Positions 1-11,892 of a DNA stretch of 64,000 nt are shown here, piece by piece. Within the stretch, counting starts at the first letter, position 1, and the number at the start of each line of letters is the position of its first letter. The position numbers and the translations under genes are program-made. Below the pieces are notes generated by a model that was not told where the DNA came from, ran no database searches, and saw only the letters and a list, made by a program, of their open reading frames with translations. Origin of the DNA: Schizosaccharomyces osmophilus (taxonomy: Eukaryota); NCBI RefSeq assembly GCF_027921745.1, contig NC_079239.1:310001-374000 (forward strand), written 5' to 3'.

Positions 1-5
1 ATTAA

Positions 6-644
6 TTATACTTGAAGGTAAGGAATGCATCGATAAAAGTTAATGGTCAATGACTCATGAACAAAAGACCCTCTGACCCATAAAAGTAATTGAGTAGTTC
101 CCAAAAGACTTGTTCGGCTTTGGTTACAGATTAGATGACCCTTATTATGCTTCAAATCTTCCTGTAAAATAAATGAATGATCCAGACAGAACGGCCAGCT
201 GCTACCCAAGGCAGGCTTGTTAATACGAAGTTGCTTCACATAAACAAGAGAAGTAGATAAATAAACTGCAATTTTAAACTTTCTAGTTAGCATGCGAAGT
301 TGCCTTCCTAGAGACATCATAGATGCATGGGCGTAAGAAATGTTTGCTTTTGCCATGAGGAGTCCAAGAGGGTTGGAGAAAGAATCTATAAATAGTGCAT
401 AAGAAAAATCTCCATTTTTCATAAGATCACTTTCCAATTCATGAATTGCGTCTCGTAAACCTTCAGCGTCGAAGGCTCGAATGATTGCTGTTTTTTCTAA
501 CGAAGTTAATGGTAAAGCAGTTGGATTGAAGATTCCAAGAGTATCTATCCAAATAATTTTATCAAACCTTCCATGATACTGTCTCAAAATCCAATAAAGC
601 ACCAGGTTTGCAGAATCACCACTAAATTGAGTGACTTGGTTCAT
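6..644 (-). CDS. rdl1: RAD51D-like Rad51 paralogue (Shu complex)
   Basis: ORF carries RecA/Rad51-paralogue motifs IIWIDTLGIFNP, ALFIDSFS (Walker B-like) and KPALGSSW. First in-frame ATG is at 644, but the true start may be 732 (see findings). Lies next to dri1 as in S. pombe SPAC17H9.03c. Confidence 0.8.
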   Translation of the reverse strand: MNQVTQFSGDSANLVLYWILRQYHGRFDKIIWIDTLGIFNPTALPLTSLEKTAIIRAFDAEGLRDAIHELESDLMKNGDFSYALFIDSFSNPLGLLMAKANISYAHASMMSLGRQLRMLTRKFKIAVYLSTSLVYVKQLRINKPALGSSWPFCLDHSFILQEDLKHNKGHLICNQSRTSLLGTTQLLLWVRGSFVHESLTINFYRCIPYLQV

Positions 645-1513
645 ATTGAACGACAACCTTTTTCACTATTTCAGTAGTTATTTTTCTTGATTTTGAAGGA
701 CGTATGTATTCTAGACATTGGAGAGTATCCATAGATGTTGCTCTAGCAGAGCCAATTTAAACCTTACTAGAAGGGATTGATTAAACCAGTAATACCAGAT
801 AGTATTTTATTGAAAGAAAATGAACGCTAACTTCCGCAAGGTATTTAACATAAATTTTCCATCCATCTTTATGAAGTCTTTCAATTGTAAAACTCTCATT
901 GTGGAGACAACACAACGACTCTGTCGAAACTAAACCTTTATAAAGGCGACATACATTCTTACAATACTCCAGAAGTTCAAAATAGGCTATCATATTTTTA
1001 TATAAGAAAGCATACATATAGAATTAATATATTATCCGTTCTATTACACAAAACCCAATCAATCTTTGTTTCCATAAACCAAAGATCAAACACAAATAAA
1101 AAAAGAAGCAAAACCACAAAGTGCGTTTATGCATGCTATAAGAGTATATATAATATAAAGAGGTATAAACACAGCTTCATGGATACTGAATATGTGAATC
1201 GTAAACCCAAATTCTATGTGGTTGTTTAAGTTTTACCAAGCTTTTTACCTTCCATATCATTACAACAAAGTGATTCCCAATCCTTAAAATAATTAAGACG
1301 GCCACAATTTTGAAGAGATGCAAAAAATTGCACAGAAAGTCCCCCTTTTATTACAGCCAGGTATTAGATTTATAAGATTCCGCTTCTTTTGAAAGCCGCA
1401 GAAGACATCAACGAATATAAAATTTTTGTCCCATTATTAAAAATACATGACACCGATTCTCTGAAAGTAGTAGCGAGGCTGCGATTAATATGGTGTGTAA
1501 CTAAATTGTGAAC

Positions 1514-3313
1514 TTAAACATATGTCCCGAAATCTGCAGGAAAAGAGGAAGGGACCTGTAAGTTAGGATGGTGAGGAGCATTACAACGTAAACAATTACT
1601 TCGACGACGAAAATTAGTGAATCCACATTCACAAAGCCAATCCCCTTGATCGGTAGCAAAAGAAGCTTTAGGGGCATCCTTAAAGCGGTTTTGTTCCTCA
1701 GGACGAACACCATTAGCATTGGGGTATGGGTTATTATTAGCAGCTATAGAACCAAGAGACAGCTGAGAATATGGATATGCAGATGCGTTCATAGGACTAG
1801 TACCAAAGATATTGGAGGAAGCGTTGGCGAAACTACCGTTGGTACTGGCATTGCCATTGGCGTTCGAAGACATCGAGGTGTGATCCGCGACGACAGCGGC
1901 CGTGGCGCGACTAGCACCACAGCGCAAGCAACAAACGTTTTTAGCAAAATTATGATATCCACAACCCTCTGAACCACATTTCCAGTCACCAGCCCTAAAG
2001 GGAACATTACCACCAAAGGTAGAACGAGAGGAGTGATGATTTGCCATGCCTGATCCGTTGTGATGTTGGTCAATTTGGCTACTACCGTCATTACCATGAT
2101 GCATACCATATCCGTAGTTGTGAGGAACGTGCGAGGTACCGTTACCATACGATTGGCCATAAGGGAATTCGGGAGGAAATGAGGAATTAGAGGCCGTCGC
2201 CGAAGCATGACCAGGACCATGACCAGGACCAGGGAAGGAGCAACGGAAGCAGGAGACTCTACGTTGAAAGTTGCTGAAACCACACATTGGACAATTCCAG
2301 TCGCCGGGACGAGGGCGATTTTTGCTGGAAGGGAAAGGAATTAAAATCTCCGATGCCTTGTCCAAAACTTTTGCGCAGCTGGGAGTGATTGCGAGCATAC
2401 GATCACCAATGCATGACCCATTGAGACCAAGAGCATCTGATGCGTCTTCATGACTGCCAAAGAGGACGAATCCGGTACCTGTTGATTTGTAAGGCTCTGG
2501 AGTTTTAAGAGTCCAGAGGGCAATGGGATGAATCCCATGATTAGTGAACCAACCTTCTAACTCTGATTGAGTAACGTCGTTAGTTAGGCCACCGATGTGG
2601 ATGACCTTGGAGCGCTCCAAATAAAACAGCCTCGCATCTGCTTGGCAATCAATTGGTTGAGTAAGGACGTTGGGGAACGAGGGTATTCTGGATTCGCGCT
2701 CAATTCTCCGCAGAAGAAGGGTAGTAGCATTGGCAAGGCGCCAACATTGTGTTAAGCCCTTTGTGATATAGGGGACTTCTGTGGGAGAACGCTGAATAGT
2801 ATTACATTCATTAATGGGAGGCAAGGAATCAACATCTAGCTTTCCAAAAATATGCGACAAAGTTATAGTGTAGGGTGGAACGGAGCCTGACCGGATCTGC
2901 CATTTAGCATATTCGCTAGAAAGATCGAACAAACGAGGGTGACGCATATACGAAGGCAGAATAATCCCGTGTTCTTTTGCCTCCTTGGGCAAAAGAACCC
3001 GTAATTCCCGTCCATTCATCACCACAAACGTGAAAGGCTTTTCCTGCATGTTGAGGCGTTCCTGAATGGAATTGTCCACATATTGAATCGCTTCTTGCAA
3101 GGAAGACACACTTCCGCAAATTCCATCTTTTGAAGGCTCTTCCCGAATACTACAGGACTCGCAATGCTGTTTTTCCAGTGTCTTACCATTCAAAATGACC
3201 CAGCAAATTTCATGAATCTCACAGGGTGCCCGACCGATACTTATTCCATGGTCATCCAAGTTCGTTTCAAAATGTAAGACGACCAAATCGCCTACAGATT
3301 CCGGCAAAGGCAT
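1514..3313 (-). CDS. dri1: RNA-binding protein with RRM and three RanBP2-type zinc fingers (Dri1/Nrp1)
   Basis: 599-aa intronless ORF. RRM (IHIGGL...GTGFVLF) and three GDW-x-C...C-x3-N...C-x2-C fingers. Confidence 0.93.
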   Translation of the reverse strand: MPLPESVGDLVVLHFETNLDDHGISIGRAPCEIHEICWVILNGKTLEKQHCESCSIREEPSKDGICGSVSSLQEAIQYVDNSIQERLNMQEKPFTFVVMNGRELRVLLPKEAKEHGIILPSYMRHPRLFDLSSEYAKWQIRSGSVPPYTITLSHIFGKLDVDSLPPINECNTIQRSPTEVPYITKGLTQCWRLANATTLLLRRIERESRIPSFPNVLTQPIDCQADARLFYLERSKVIHIGGLTNDVTQSELEGWFTNHGIHPIALWTLKTPEPYKSTGTGFVLFGSHEDASDALGLNGSCIGDRMLAITPSCAKVLDKASEILIPFPSSKNRPRPGDWNCPMCGFSNFQRRVSCFRCSFPGPGHGPGHASATASNSSFPPEFPYGQSYGNGTSHVPHNYGYGMHHGNDGSSQIDQHHNGSGMANHHSSRSTFGGNVPFRAGDWKCGSEGCGYHNFAKNVCCLRCGASRATAAVVADHTSMSSNANGNASTNGSFANASSNIFGTSPMNASAYPYSQLSLGSIAANNNPYPNANGVRPEEQNRFKDAPKASFATDQGDWLCECGFTNFRRRSNCLRCNAPHHPNLQVPSSFPADFGTYV

Positions 3314-3386
3314 TGTGTGGAATCAAAGGGACTTGGGCGGTAACCCTACAGCGCAAAGCTCAAGCGGGGTGCGTTACCTGTAAATA

Positions 3387-3394
3387 CAGTCACA
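3387..3394. promoter_or_regulatory. HomolD box (CAGTCACA) in the dri1/ebp2 divergent promoter
   Basis: Exact CAGTCACA about 75 bp upstream of the dri1 ATG, with a HomolE-like ACCCTACA near 3343. Confidence 0.4.
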
Positions 3395-4205
3395 TGAGTA
3401 ACAGCCAAAATGTAACGAAGCTTAATGCATCGTTATAAATGTTTGACGAAGACTTCTATTTTTGCAGTAGTAAACAAGGAGCGAGCAGGGAATAGGTAGG
3501 AAGACGAAAAAAAATCCAGGATCAGTAATGTGTTTTGAAGTGAGTCATTTATGTATATGTGCTATTTTTGTGGTTAATTCTTGATTTTTATGTTGGCGCG
3601 TAAGTAGTATGACTCCTTTGCAGATTGCGATCGCTATTCACTAGACCTTTAAGTAGAAACCGATATGTAAATGGGAGAAGATGACGGCAAGTTCAAAGCA
3701 AGCAAGTTTTTATTTTTATTTCGATATTACCTTGCTATTCTAGTCAAAAAAACGCCTTCCTGAAATTTATCGACTCTTAGCAAATGTGTCATTTTTACCA
3801 GAAAACGCTGCGAACCGGAATTTTCCAATAAAAGCAACTGAAGATTTTCTACTATATTAAAAGGTCATAAACGCAACTTTACATCTTGTTGTTTTTGCTT
3901 ATTTCCTTTTTTGTCATTATCATTTTTTAAAAATTCGATACTATGATACTATGATATTAAAGTAGTATGATACAGTTCGCTTGCTCCACAAGCTGTGCAG
4001 CGTGGAGATTCGGCTTAATTTCATTCATGCCCGTTACAATATGGTATCTCGTTTACCGCAATAGATGAAAGCAGTATTCTATATTACGATATGCGTTCCT
4101 GTACGGTAAAGTACTTTAAGGTGGGTGGAACAAGACCGTGCCCCCAGCAAAAGCAAGGTGTAAAAACTTGCGAAGAACAGCATCTTTAAAACCGGGCGAA
4201 TTCAT

Positions 4206-4215
4206 TGAAATTTTT
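4206..4215 (+). promoter_or_regulatory. RRPE-like element (TGAAATTTTT)
   Basis: Ribosome-biogenesis promoter motif about 60 bp upstream of the ebp2 ATG. Confidence 0.5.
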
Positions 4216-4274
4216 CATACGCTCTTTCAAGACGGCTTTTTTCTGTTTCCATATCTAGAATTCAGTTAGAAAGG

Positions 4275-5360
4275 ATGGCCGGTGTTGACGCTAAAGGCAG
4301 GAGAGGCCAAAAGAAGAACATGAAGGCTGCTCAAAAAAAGAAGGGCGTTGCTGAGAAAAAACAGGAAGCAGTCTCGAACGTGAATGCAAGTGAAAATTCA
4401 AATGACAGTGAAGAAAAGTCGGAGGAGCAAGACGAAAGTGAGGCTCAAAAACAATTACCAGAGGTGAATGAATCCAGTCAACAGGACGAAAAGAAAGTAG
4501 ACAACCAAAATGAAGACGAAGACGAAGACGAGGATGAAGAAGGAGATGAGGATGAAGTGGAACTTTCTGACCTCGAAGGCGTTGAGTTCGAAGAGGACGC
4601 TGATCTTGTTCGTAAAAGGAAATTGGCTTTAAATAACACAATTGCTCTTGAAAGCATTTATGAGAAGCTCAAATATCCTGATAACATCTCCATTGTTGAA
4701 AACCAGGCTGTCACTACGAAGGAACCTGTTGTCGTTGAAAATGTGGAAGATGATCTTACCAGAGAACTTGCCTTTTACAAGCAGGGTGTTGATGGCGTTA
4801 AGGCCGCCTTTGAGCAGTTAGAAAAGCACAAGGTTCCTATTACTCGTCCATCGGATTACTTTGCCGAAATGCTGAAATCAGATGCCCACATGGAGAAGGT
4901 TCGCCAAGAATTAATCAAAGAAGCTACTTCCAAGAAGCTCTCTGAGCAAGCCAAGAAACAACGTGAACTCAAAAAGTTTGGTAAGCAAGTTCAAGTTGCT
5001 AAACAGGAAGAACGTCAACGTTCCAAGAGAGACACTTTGGAAAAGATTAACTTACTTAAGCGTAAGAACACCGGTTCTGATTTAACTACTGAAGACGATT
5101 TTGATGTCACATTGGCGAAGGCCGAAAAAGAAGAAAACTCTAAAAAGCCTACTAATAAAAAGGGCGACGGTCAGCCTAACATGAAACGACAAAAGAAAAA
5201 CGAAAAATTTGGTTTTGGAGGTAGAAAACGCGGTACAAAGAGCAATGACGCCGATAGTCTTGCTGCTACGGAATTCGGCAGAAAGGGTTTGAAGGCCTTA
5301 AAGGGCAAGGGCAACAAAAGTCGTCCTGGAAAAGCTCGCCGTGAAAAAGCTAGAAGTTAA
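4275..5360 (+). CDS. ebp2: rRNA processing protein Ebp2
   Basis: 361 aa. Acidic N-terminus, DDLTRELAFYKQ, RPSDYFAEMLKSDAHMEKV, KFGFGG and RPGKARR are Ebp2 signatures. Confidence 0.95.
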   Translation: MAGVDAKGRRGQKKNMKAAQKKKGVAEKKQEAVSNVNASENSNDSEEKSEEQDESEAQKQLPEVNESSQQDEKKVDNQNEDEDEDEDEEGDEDEVELSDLEGVEFEEDADLVRKRKLALNNTIALESIYEKLKYPDNISIVENQAVTTKEPVVVENVEDDLTRELAFYKQGVDGVKAAFEQLEKHKVPITRPSDYFAEMLKSDAHMEKVRQELIKEATSKKLSEQAKKQRELKKFGKQVQVAKQEERQRSKRDTLEKINLLKRKNTGSDLTTEDDFDVTLAKAEKEENSKKPTNKKGDGQPNMKRQKKNEKFGFGGRKRGTKSNDADSLAATEFGRKGLKALKGKGNKSRPGKARREKARS

Positions 5361-5542
5361 ATAGGGGTTCGTTTGGGTAAATCAATATCTTTGGTTAGAA
5401 TATTTAATATCTAATATTTTAAAATGTTGTAAGGTTCATATTATCTTGGCTTTCATTTCTATTTCTACTGCTTTATAAATATCAACCTTTTCTTAAATGC
5501 GTAGTTTCGTACCTTATACATCAATTCACCGAAGAGAATAAA

Positions 5543-7419
5543 CTATCCATGTTTTTGATAACCTGACCGCCAGCCGGATAATAACGATGAGCTAGCGAAT
5601 TTAAGTAATTTACAATATTCTTGCCAAGATGATTCCGGGTAATTGTTCTCCTCTATGGCTTGGTACATTTGGTCTAGTGAAGTTGCCTGCACTTCAAAAT
5701 AGCCAGCAAGTGAGAGTTGAGTCATAATCTCCTTGCGTACATCGTATTCCCAATGAAAACTTTTATGCGCAAGTCGCGCTCTCTCATGACAGCTACTTCC
5801 CAGAAGCCAGTCCTTATTAGACTCTTCATGATATTCTTGGTCATTCTCTAAAGTCTTTAAATGTTAGCGTCTAGTTTTTGATATGTAGGTTATACCTTGT
5901 AAGTATCACGATCGTATATATGGCCTTTGAAGCGCACCACCTGCGTGGATAAACGTGAATGCATATTACAAGCATCACATCCATAGGTAGCTTCGCATCT
6001 TCTGTTCGTCATCAATGGACGATTCTTTAGAACACTGATGAAATTTGGTTTCCAGATACTCGATATTACATTGGATTCCACTGAAGAAAAAAGGCGTCTT
6101 CGAATCGTTTTACAACTGAAAAGAAAATGCTCATCTATGTTTTTTTCTATTGGAAGGTTCGTTAGTTGCTTTATGTGGTACCGAAGAAAATTCGCAAAAT
6201 GAGCTCGAAGACCTTGATGACTTGTCATTGAAAACTCTGGAGGAAGTAATGCGCGAGCGCCTAAAGCTTCTTCCTCTTCCTCTTCATTTACTATAAAAGA
6301 TTCCTCATTCAAAGAATCATCGTCACTGGTATCCGTCTTTTCACCCGCTGATTCTGACATGTCTTCTTCAGCGTTTATGCTTGAACTGCCTTGACGACGT
6401 TTTTCTATTATATGTTAGTTAAGAACAAACAAAAAAATATTACTTCTGATTAGCTCCAACTTTTCATGAAACGCTTTCTTAGTTGGATTTCTATTACGCT
6501 TATGTTTCTCATCTTCGGAACTCACAGGCTCCAGATCCTCTGCCTCTTGCTTTATTTCCGTGTCAAAGTCGTCTGTTATATTTTTATTTGAATATTTATT
6601 TATAGGAGGCCGTTCCAGAGACCCCTCAAAACATTCAACGGATTCATCTTCAGAAGAACAAGGACGGAGCTTTCTTTTGGGTTTCCTTGATACCAAATCT
6701 GATTCAGCCTTTGGCAGAGACGTACTTGGGTAGCTTGAGTCGGAATTTTCAGATTCAGAGTCTGATAGTAATAACTTACGAGGAGATTTTTTGTTTTTTA
6801 AAGGAGATATTAACTCGAAATCTGAATGATCGGAATCAGAACCGGGCTTCTCAACTCCATTTGACCTCGACACAGTTGTCAGACCATTCGAATTTTTCGT
6901 AGGAGTAATTCCTATAGGATGATCTTCCTTGTCTAGTACATTATCTCGTAAATGCTCTGCGCTCTTTGGACTATACGGAACATCCACTGGATTCTTAGGC
7001 TTAATCATTTCCGGAAGATCATTCTCATTAGAGAGGAAATGATCCCTCGGTGTACTCTCAGCATCCCGAAAGGAAGAAGGAGCTGCGCGAATAACTTCAT
7101 CTATATTAGCATTGTGCTTGCGACTCTTATGCTTCGATTCTTCCGTTGTCTGTTTTGAGTATGCTGCAGGCAGCTTTTGTTGAATCACGACTTCAGGTAC
7201 ATAATTCTTTTGTTTCTTTTTTGAACCCTTTTGGCTTTGTTTCTTCCCGAGTACGTTCAGTGAATCTGAATCAATTTGGGAATTTATGTTATTTCTTTTC
7301 TCGTCCATTGCCGGTTCATTTTTTGAACTACCTTTCAACATACTCTCTATGTTTTGGGATCCCTTTTCCAATTTCTTACGATTCTTTCTTTGTTTTCGTG
7401 CCATTTTGCCTGTACCCAT
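5543..7419 (-). CDS. Conserved eukaryotic protein (DUF4211/CCDC82-like; SPAC17H9.06c orthologue)
   Basis: Three exons 7419-6444, 6404-5896, 5854-5543 (GTAATA..CTAAC..TAG; GTATAA..CTAAC..AAG) join in frame to about 598 aa. Contains CDACN and LGSSC..RARLAH motifs. Confidence 0.8.
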
Positions 7420-7712
7420 TTGAAGCAAATAAACGAATAACTATTAATTTAACACTATCAAGAACAAAAGAATAATTCTTTTTCTGAACCCAATCAAAAA
7501 TACTGTTGACAATTGATATATAGAGTGTCGCCTTTTAAGAGAACAACGCAAAAGGTCTAAAATTCAAGGCCTGCTTAAATCTTTTTGAAATCTCTTTAAT
7601 AATATTTTTCACTTTGCATTTGCATAGCTTATTTTAATCGGTGGGCCAGAAAGCAGACTAAACGCAGGTTCGCTACTGGCATAGGTGAATTTACCAACAG
7701 CCAGCATAAAGG

Positions 7713-8300
7713 ATGGTATATTTGTCCAACGTTAATGATTTTTTTGAACAATCTAGGCTTTTAATAGAAGCATATCCTGATTCAGTAAGAGCCGTTTTAT
7801 TATTGACTTAAAATTATACTGTCTAACAGAGGTATTTAGACAAAAATAACCACACGTTATCGAATTGATGAAGATCAACAGAGTTACCTTGTTGCGAAAG
7901 CATATGAAACTGCATCAGGAATATGTTTAAAATTTAGAACAGACAAAGCTGCTGAGTTAAGTCGGTTAATGCTCATTGCCAGCAAACTTGGACATGTTTC
8001 TAACAAATTGGAAATTCCTCCAGAACAACCCGGTATGTATACCTTTTCTTATTTTTAGAAGAAAAAAAAGCGACGTATGGAACCTTAGGCTGTATGCATA
8101 AGCGTTTGTTAAAATGTTCAGCTAATGGAATACGGTTCGCACCTCAGATCTTCGTTTCTATACAAATTGATCCATATAACTAACCGGTTTAAATAGAACC
8201 GGAGTCTACAGTTTCAAATAAACCTGTCGAGGTGAAGTCAGAGCCTCAGGCTGCTCCCAGTAAGAGCTCCAAGAAAAAAAAGAAGGGAAAGAAGAAATAG
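7713..8300 (+). CDS. srp21: Signal recognition particle subunit Srp21 (SRP9 family)
   Basis: Absent from the ORF track. Exons 7713-7784, 7840-8032, 8197-8300 with GT..CTAAC..TAG introns give 122 aa MVYLSNVNDFFEQSRLLIEAYPDSTKITTRY...SGICLKFRTDKAAELSRL...KKKKGKKK. Confidence 0.9.
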
Positions 8301-9315
8301 ATGTTCTTTTGCTGATGCTTATGTTCTTAGAAGCTTAGGTTATCTTGTTCTACTTCCTTTATTCTTTCATTATAGCTGCTTATAACGATTGTTAAGGCTT
8401 AATATTTTGGTCGGTTAGAAATCCTTCTCTAGGGAAATGATTCATGTTAGATGGACATCTTAAGCTTTACCTATGTACGCTGTACCATACATCCTTTTTT
8501 TTGCCTTTACTTGCTCCGGTTGTTCATCATCTGCATCGATTTTATTCCATGTACCTACAATTTAGTCATTACAAGCACTTGGAATATAGAAACTAGAGGC
8601 ATCAATTATAACTATTTGAATGTTAAGTAATAATATGATTCGATTCTTTCATCTTATCCTCTTCTATTTACTTGGTATATAAAGCAGGGTACTTGTAAAA
8701 CGTCTTTAAGTCAAAGCACTGTGTAGTTTCGGTAATAGAACTTTGCTTTTGCTTTTTTAAACAAAATGAAGAAGATCGGTTTATACAATGAAGATGCACC
8801 CGATCTACTTTCAGAAGGTTTACTAGAACTATTTCCCAACTACTTGGTTATCACAACTACCACCCACAAGCATGACTTACGGAGATTTCATAAAATCAAT
8901 TGCTTTTCTCATATAAATATACATAAATAATCAATTAAGGAGGTATTCACATCTTTAAGAAAGAAACCGATACAAAGCATTCAGCTATAGTGGATATTAC
9001 TGACTTAATTTGAAGGCTTACAATAAGCATCCCAAGAGATTGAGCAATTTCTTATGAAATAACTGAAAGTATTATTTATTATATTAATTACTCCAAGCTA
9101 CTCAAGTCACTATTTGACCGCTTAATTGGTTTTAATCCATTTTGGCATCATCATCTTTTAGAGGGCATTTCCAAATAAGACACCAAACTAGCTCTGTTAC
9201 GCTCCTCTACAAAGTTTTTTGAGACAAAGATCATTGAAATCGGTCTTGTATTATTTAATTTTTATTCGTTCTTTTTTGCCTTCCTCTCTGTCTATAATAG
9301 GTAACGTTTTACTTC

Positions 9316-10338
9316 ATGACCAATACAACTGAAAATTTCCCCCCGAAATACTCCCGCGAATTCTTAATTAAGTCCGGCGTTGCAGGTGGATTCGCAGGTT
9401 GCATTGCAAAAACCGTAATTGCACCTTTGGATCGAGTGAAGATTCTCTACCAAACCAATCATGAAGCATATCGTGACTATGCCTTCTCTCGCCATGGTTT
9501 AACTAATTCCATAAAGCGTATCTACCGTATAAGCGGTGTTCGAGGGTTGTTCCAAGGGCATACAGCCACTCTTTATCGTGTTTTTCCTTACGCTGGTATA
9601 AAGTTTGTTGCTTATGAACAGGTCCGTAGAATGCTTATACGCTCAGAAGAATTTGAAACAAGTAGTCGGAGATTTCTTTCGGGGTCTTTAGCTGGTAAGA
9701 TTACCATATTTTGAGTTTACTATGTTAACCGTATAGGTATTTGTTCTGTCTTTTTCACTTATCCACTTGAATTAATTCGGGTTCGGCTTGCGTATATAAC
9801 GGGATCAAACAATAAGCCAAGACTTTGGAACGTTACAAGCCAAGTTTTGCACGAACGTGATTTTGGCAATTCAAAAGAAAGCCCTTTTTTTACTTCGATT
9901 AGGAGACTCTCAAATTTCTACCGCGGTTTTTCTGTAACCTTAATGGGGATATTCCCCTACGCTGGAATGTCTTTCTTAGCTCATGATCTTGCTACAGACT
10001 TTTTCCATAATCCTATCGTGAAAAGGGCACTTCATTCTGAAAAGGATGAACGGCATTTGAATACGTGGTCTCAACTCACAGCCGGTGCTCTGGCCGGGGT
10101 GTGCGGACAAACGATTTCGTATCCTTTTGAGGTATGTAGAAGAAAAATGCAAGTAGGTGGTGTTAAAAGTCGTTCTCGGTTCCTAAAATTTCAAAACGTT
10201 GTTAAATCAACATATAGAGACGCTGGATTGAGAGGCTTTTATGTTGGTCTAACAATCGGATATTTAAAAATGATCCCAATGGTCAGTACGAGTTTTTTTA
10301 TCTATACTCGGAGCAAATCATACTTGGGTATCAACTAG
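9316..10338 (+). CDS. Mitochondrial carrier, CoA transporter (Leu5-like; SPAC17H9.08 orthologue)
   Basis: Exons 9316-9694 and 9737-10338 give 326 aa with three PxD/ExxK/R carrier motifs (PLDRVK, PLELIR, PFEVCR). Confidence 0.88.
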
Positions 10339-10715
10339 AAATGATGAGGAGAATGTGCATTGTTATATTTAATAAAAATCTAGACTTCTGTATATTATTT
10401 CAACAAGTATTGGAAACTTGTCTTTTTTTAAGACGAAACAAAGGAAGCTCTATTGCAATTAAGTAGGCCGTAAAATAGCAGTAGAGTAGCACCATAATAT
10501 TATAGTTATCAACTAGAAAACAGATTGGGCTCGATCAATCCCTTTATAGCGAAAGGCGAAAAATCCATATCAATCCAAAATTTAAAGGTAAAAAACATGT
10601 TTTCAATAATGAGCGAGAAAATAAAAATAATTTGTATAAAACCTGTAAACGCACTTCAAATCCAAGGAAAAAACTTAGCCAAAACCAAAAACGGAAATAG
10701 AAACAAAAGAAGAAT

Positions 10716-11436
10716 CTAACAAATTACACAACACTTTGTCGAAGAAGTATCAGCAGTCTGAGTTGCAGCGGAATTTCTAGTAGCTTTAGCAGCCGGCTGA
10801 GATTTTGGTACTTGCGTAGCTTGTTTTGTGTGAAGTCCTCTCTCTTCAGATTTATTAAAATGACGAATGGTTCTGACAAGACTGTAGAAAGATTCCTCAA
10901 CGTTTAATCGGAGCTTTGCTGAGGTTTCAACGTAGATGCATTTCATGCTTCGAGCAAGAGCCTCTCCTTCAGCTCGAGAAACTACCCTTTCGCTCTCCAA
11001 ATCGCATTTGTTGGCGACTAAAACGACAGGAAAGTTATCTTTGTCCTTGACTCGTAAAATTTGTTGATAAAATGTGTTTATTTCATCAAAGGATGACCGA
11101 GAAGTTATGTTGTATACCAAGAGAAATCCTTCACCAGTTCGCATATATTGCTCCCTCATAGCGGAATATTCTTCTTGTCCAGCTGTATCGAGAACATCTA
11201 AAAGTGCTCCTTCTCCATCAATTTCACACTTTTTTCGATAGGAGTCCTCAATTGTGGGATCGTACTCATCAACAAAATGCGATTGAATCAGTTGTATCGT
11301 AAGAGCACTTTTACCAACACCACCATCACCTACAACGACTAGTTTGTATTCTCTCAAATACGTAGACTAACCCAAACATTAGTATTACCAACGGAGAATT
11401 CTTATTCACGGACTGAGCAAACAGGCATACCTTCAT
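10716..11436 (-). CDS. ras1: Ras GTPase
   Basis: Exon 1 is ATGAAG (11436-11431), intron 11430-11367, exon 2 11366-10716. Protein [22 protein letters not shown], effector loop [20 protein letters not shown]-terminal CCVIC CAAX. Confidence 0.97.
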
Positions 11437-11892
11437 ATTACTTGTAATTTAGAATTTTTTTAAGTGCTGAAACGTCTAAAATATTTTCCTCTTCTTAGTA
11501 AACGCTGAAAGCCAAATGCTGAAAGACGTGTATATGGTGGAGTTGTAGTACAAGGACTTCCCACGTCCTTACTTTGTCTTGGTTACTGAAAGGGAAATAT
11601 CCTATGTAAACATAAATTTAGATATACAATTATAAAAGCTGTAGATTTTGAAAACAAAGAACAGAATTAATTACCTTAAAAGAACTCGCTTCTAGAAACA
11701 TTGATTGACTTCACATTTCCAAAAGAGCAACAACACATTACCCGGAAACGAGCGAGTAAGGAAAGATTATAAGAATGATCGAAATATAATATTGTCAGTT
11801 ATTATCGTCCAAAAAAGATTTGTATATACATATACTATATGCTGAAGTATTCTTGCCATTTTTTTCATTAAGAGTTCATAAGGTCAGAAATT

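Noticed and set aside
1646..2283. Alternative-frame ORFs in dri1 and the 12-nt duplication near 2206-2230
   Set aside because: By-products of the low-complexity Gly/His/Asn region. The duplication simply encodes GPGH twice.
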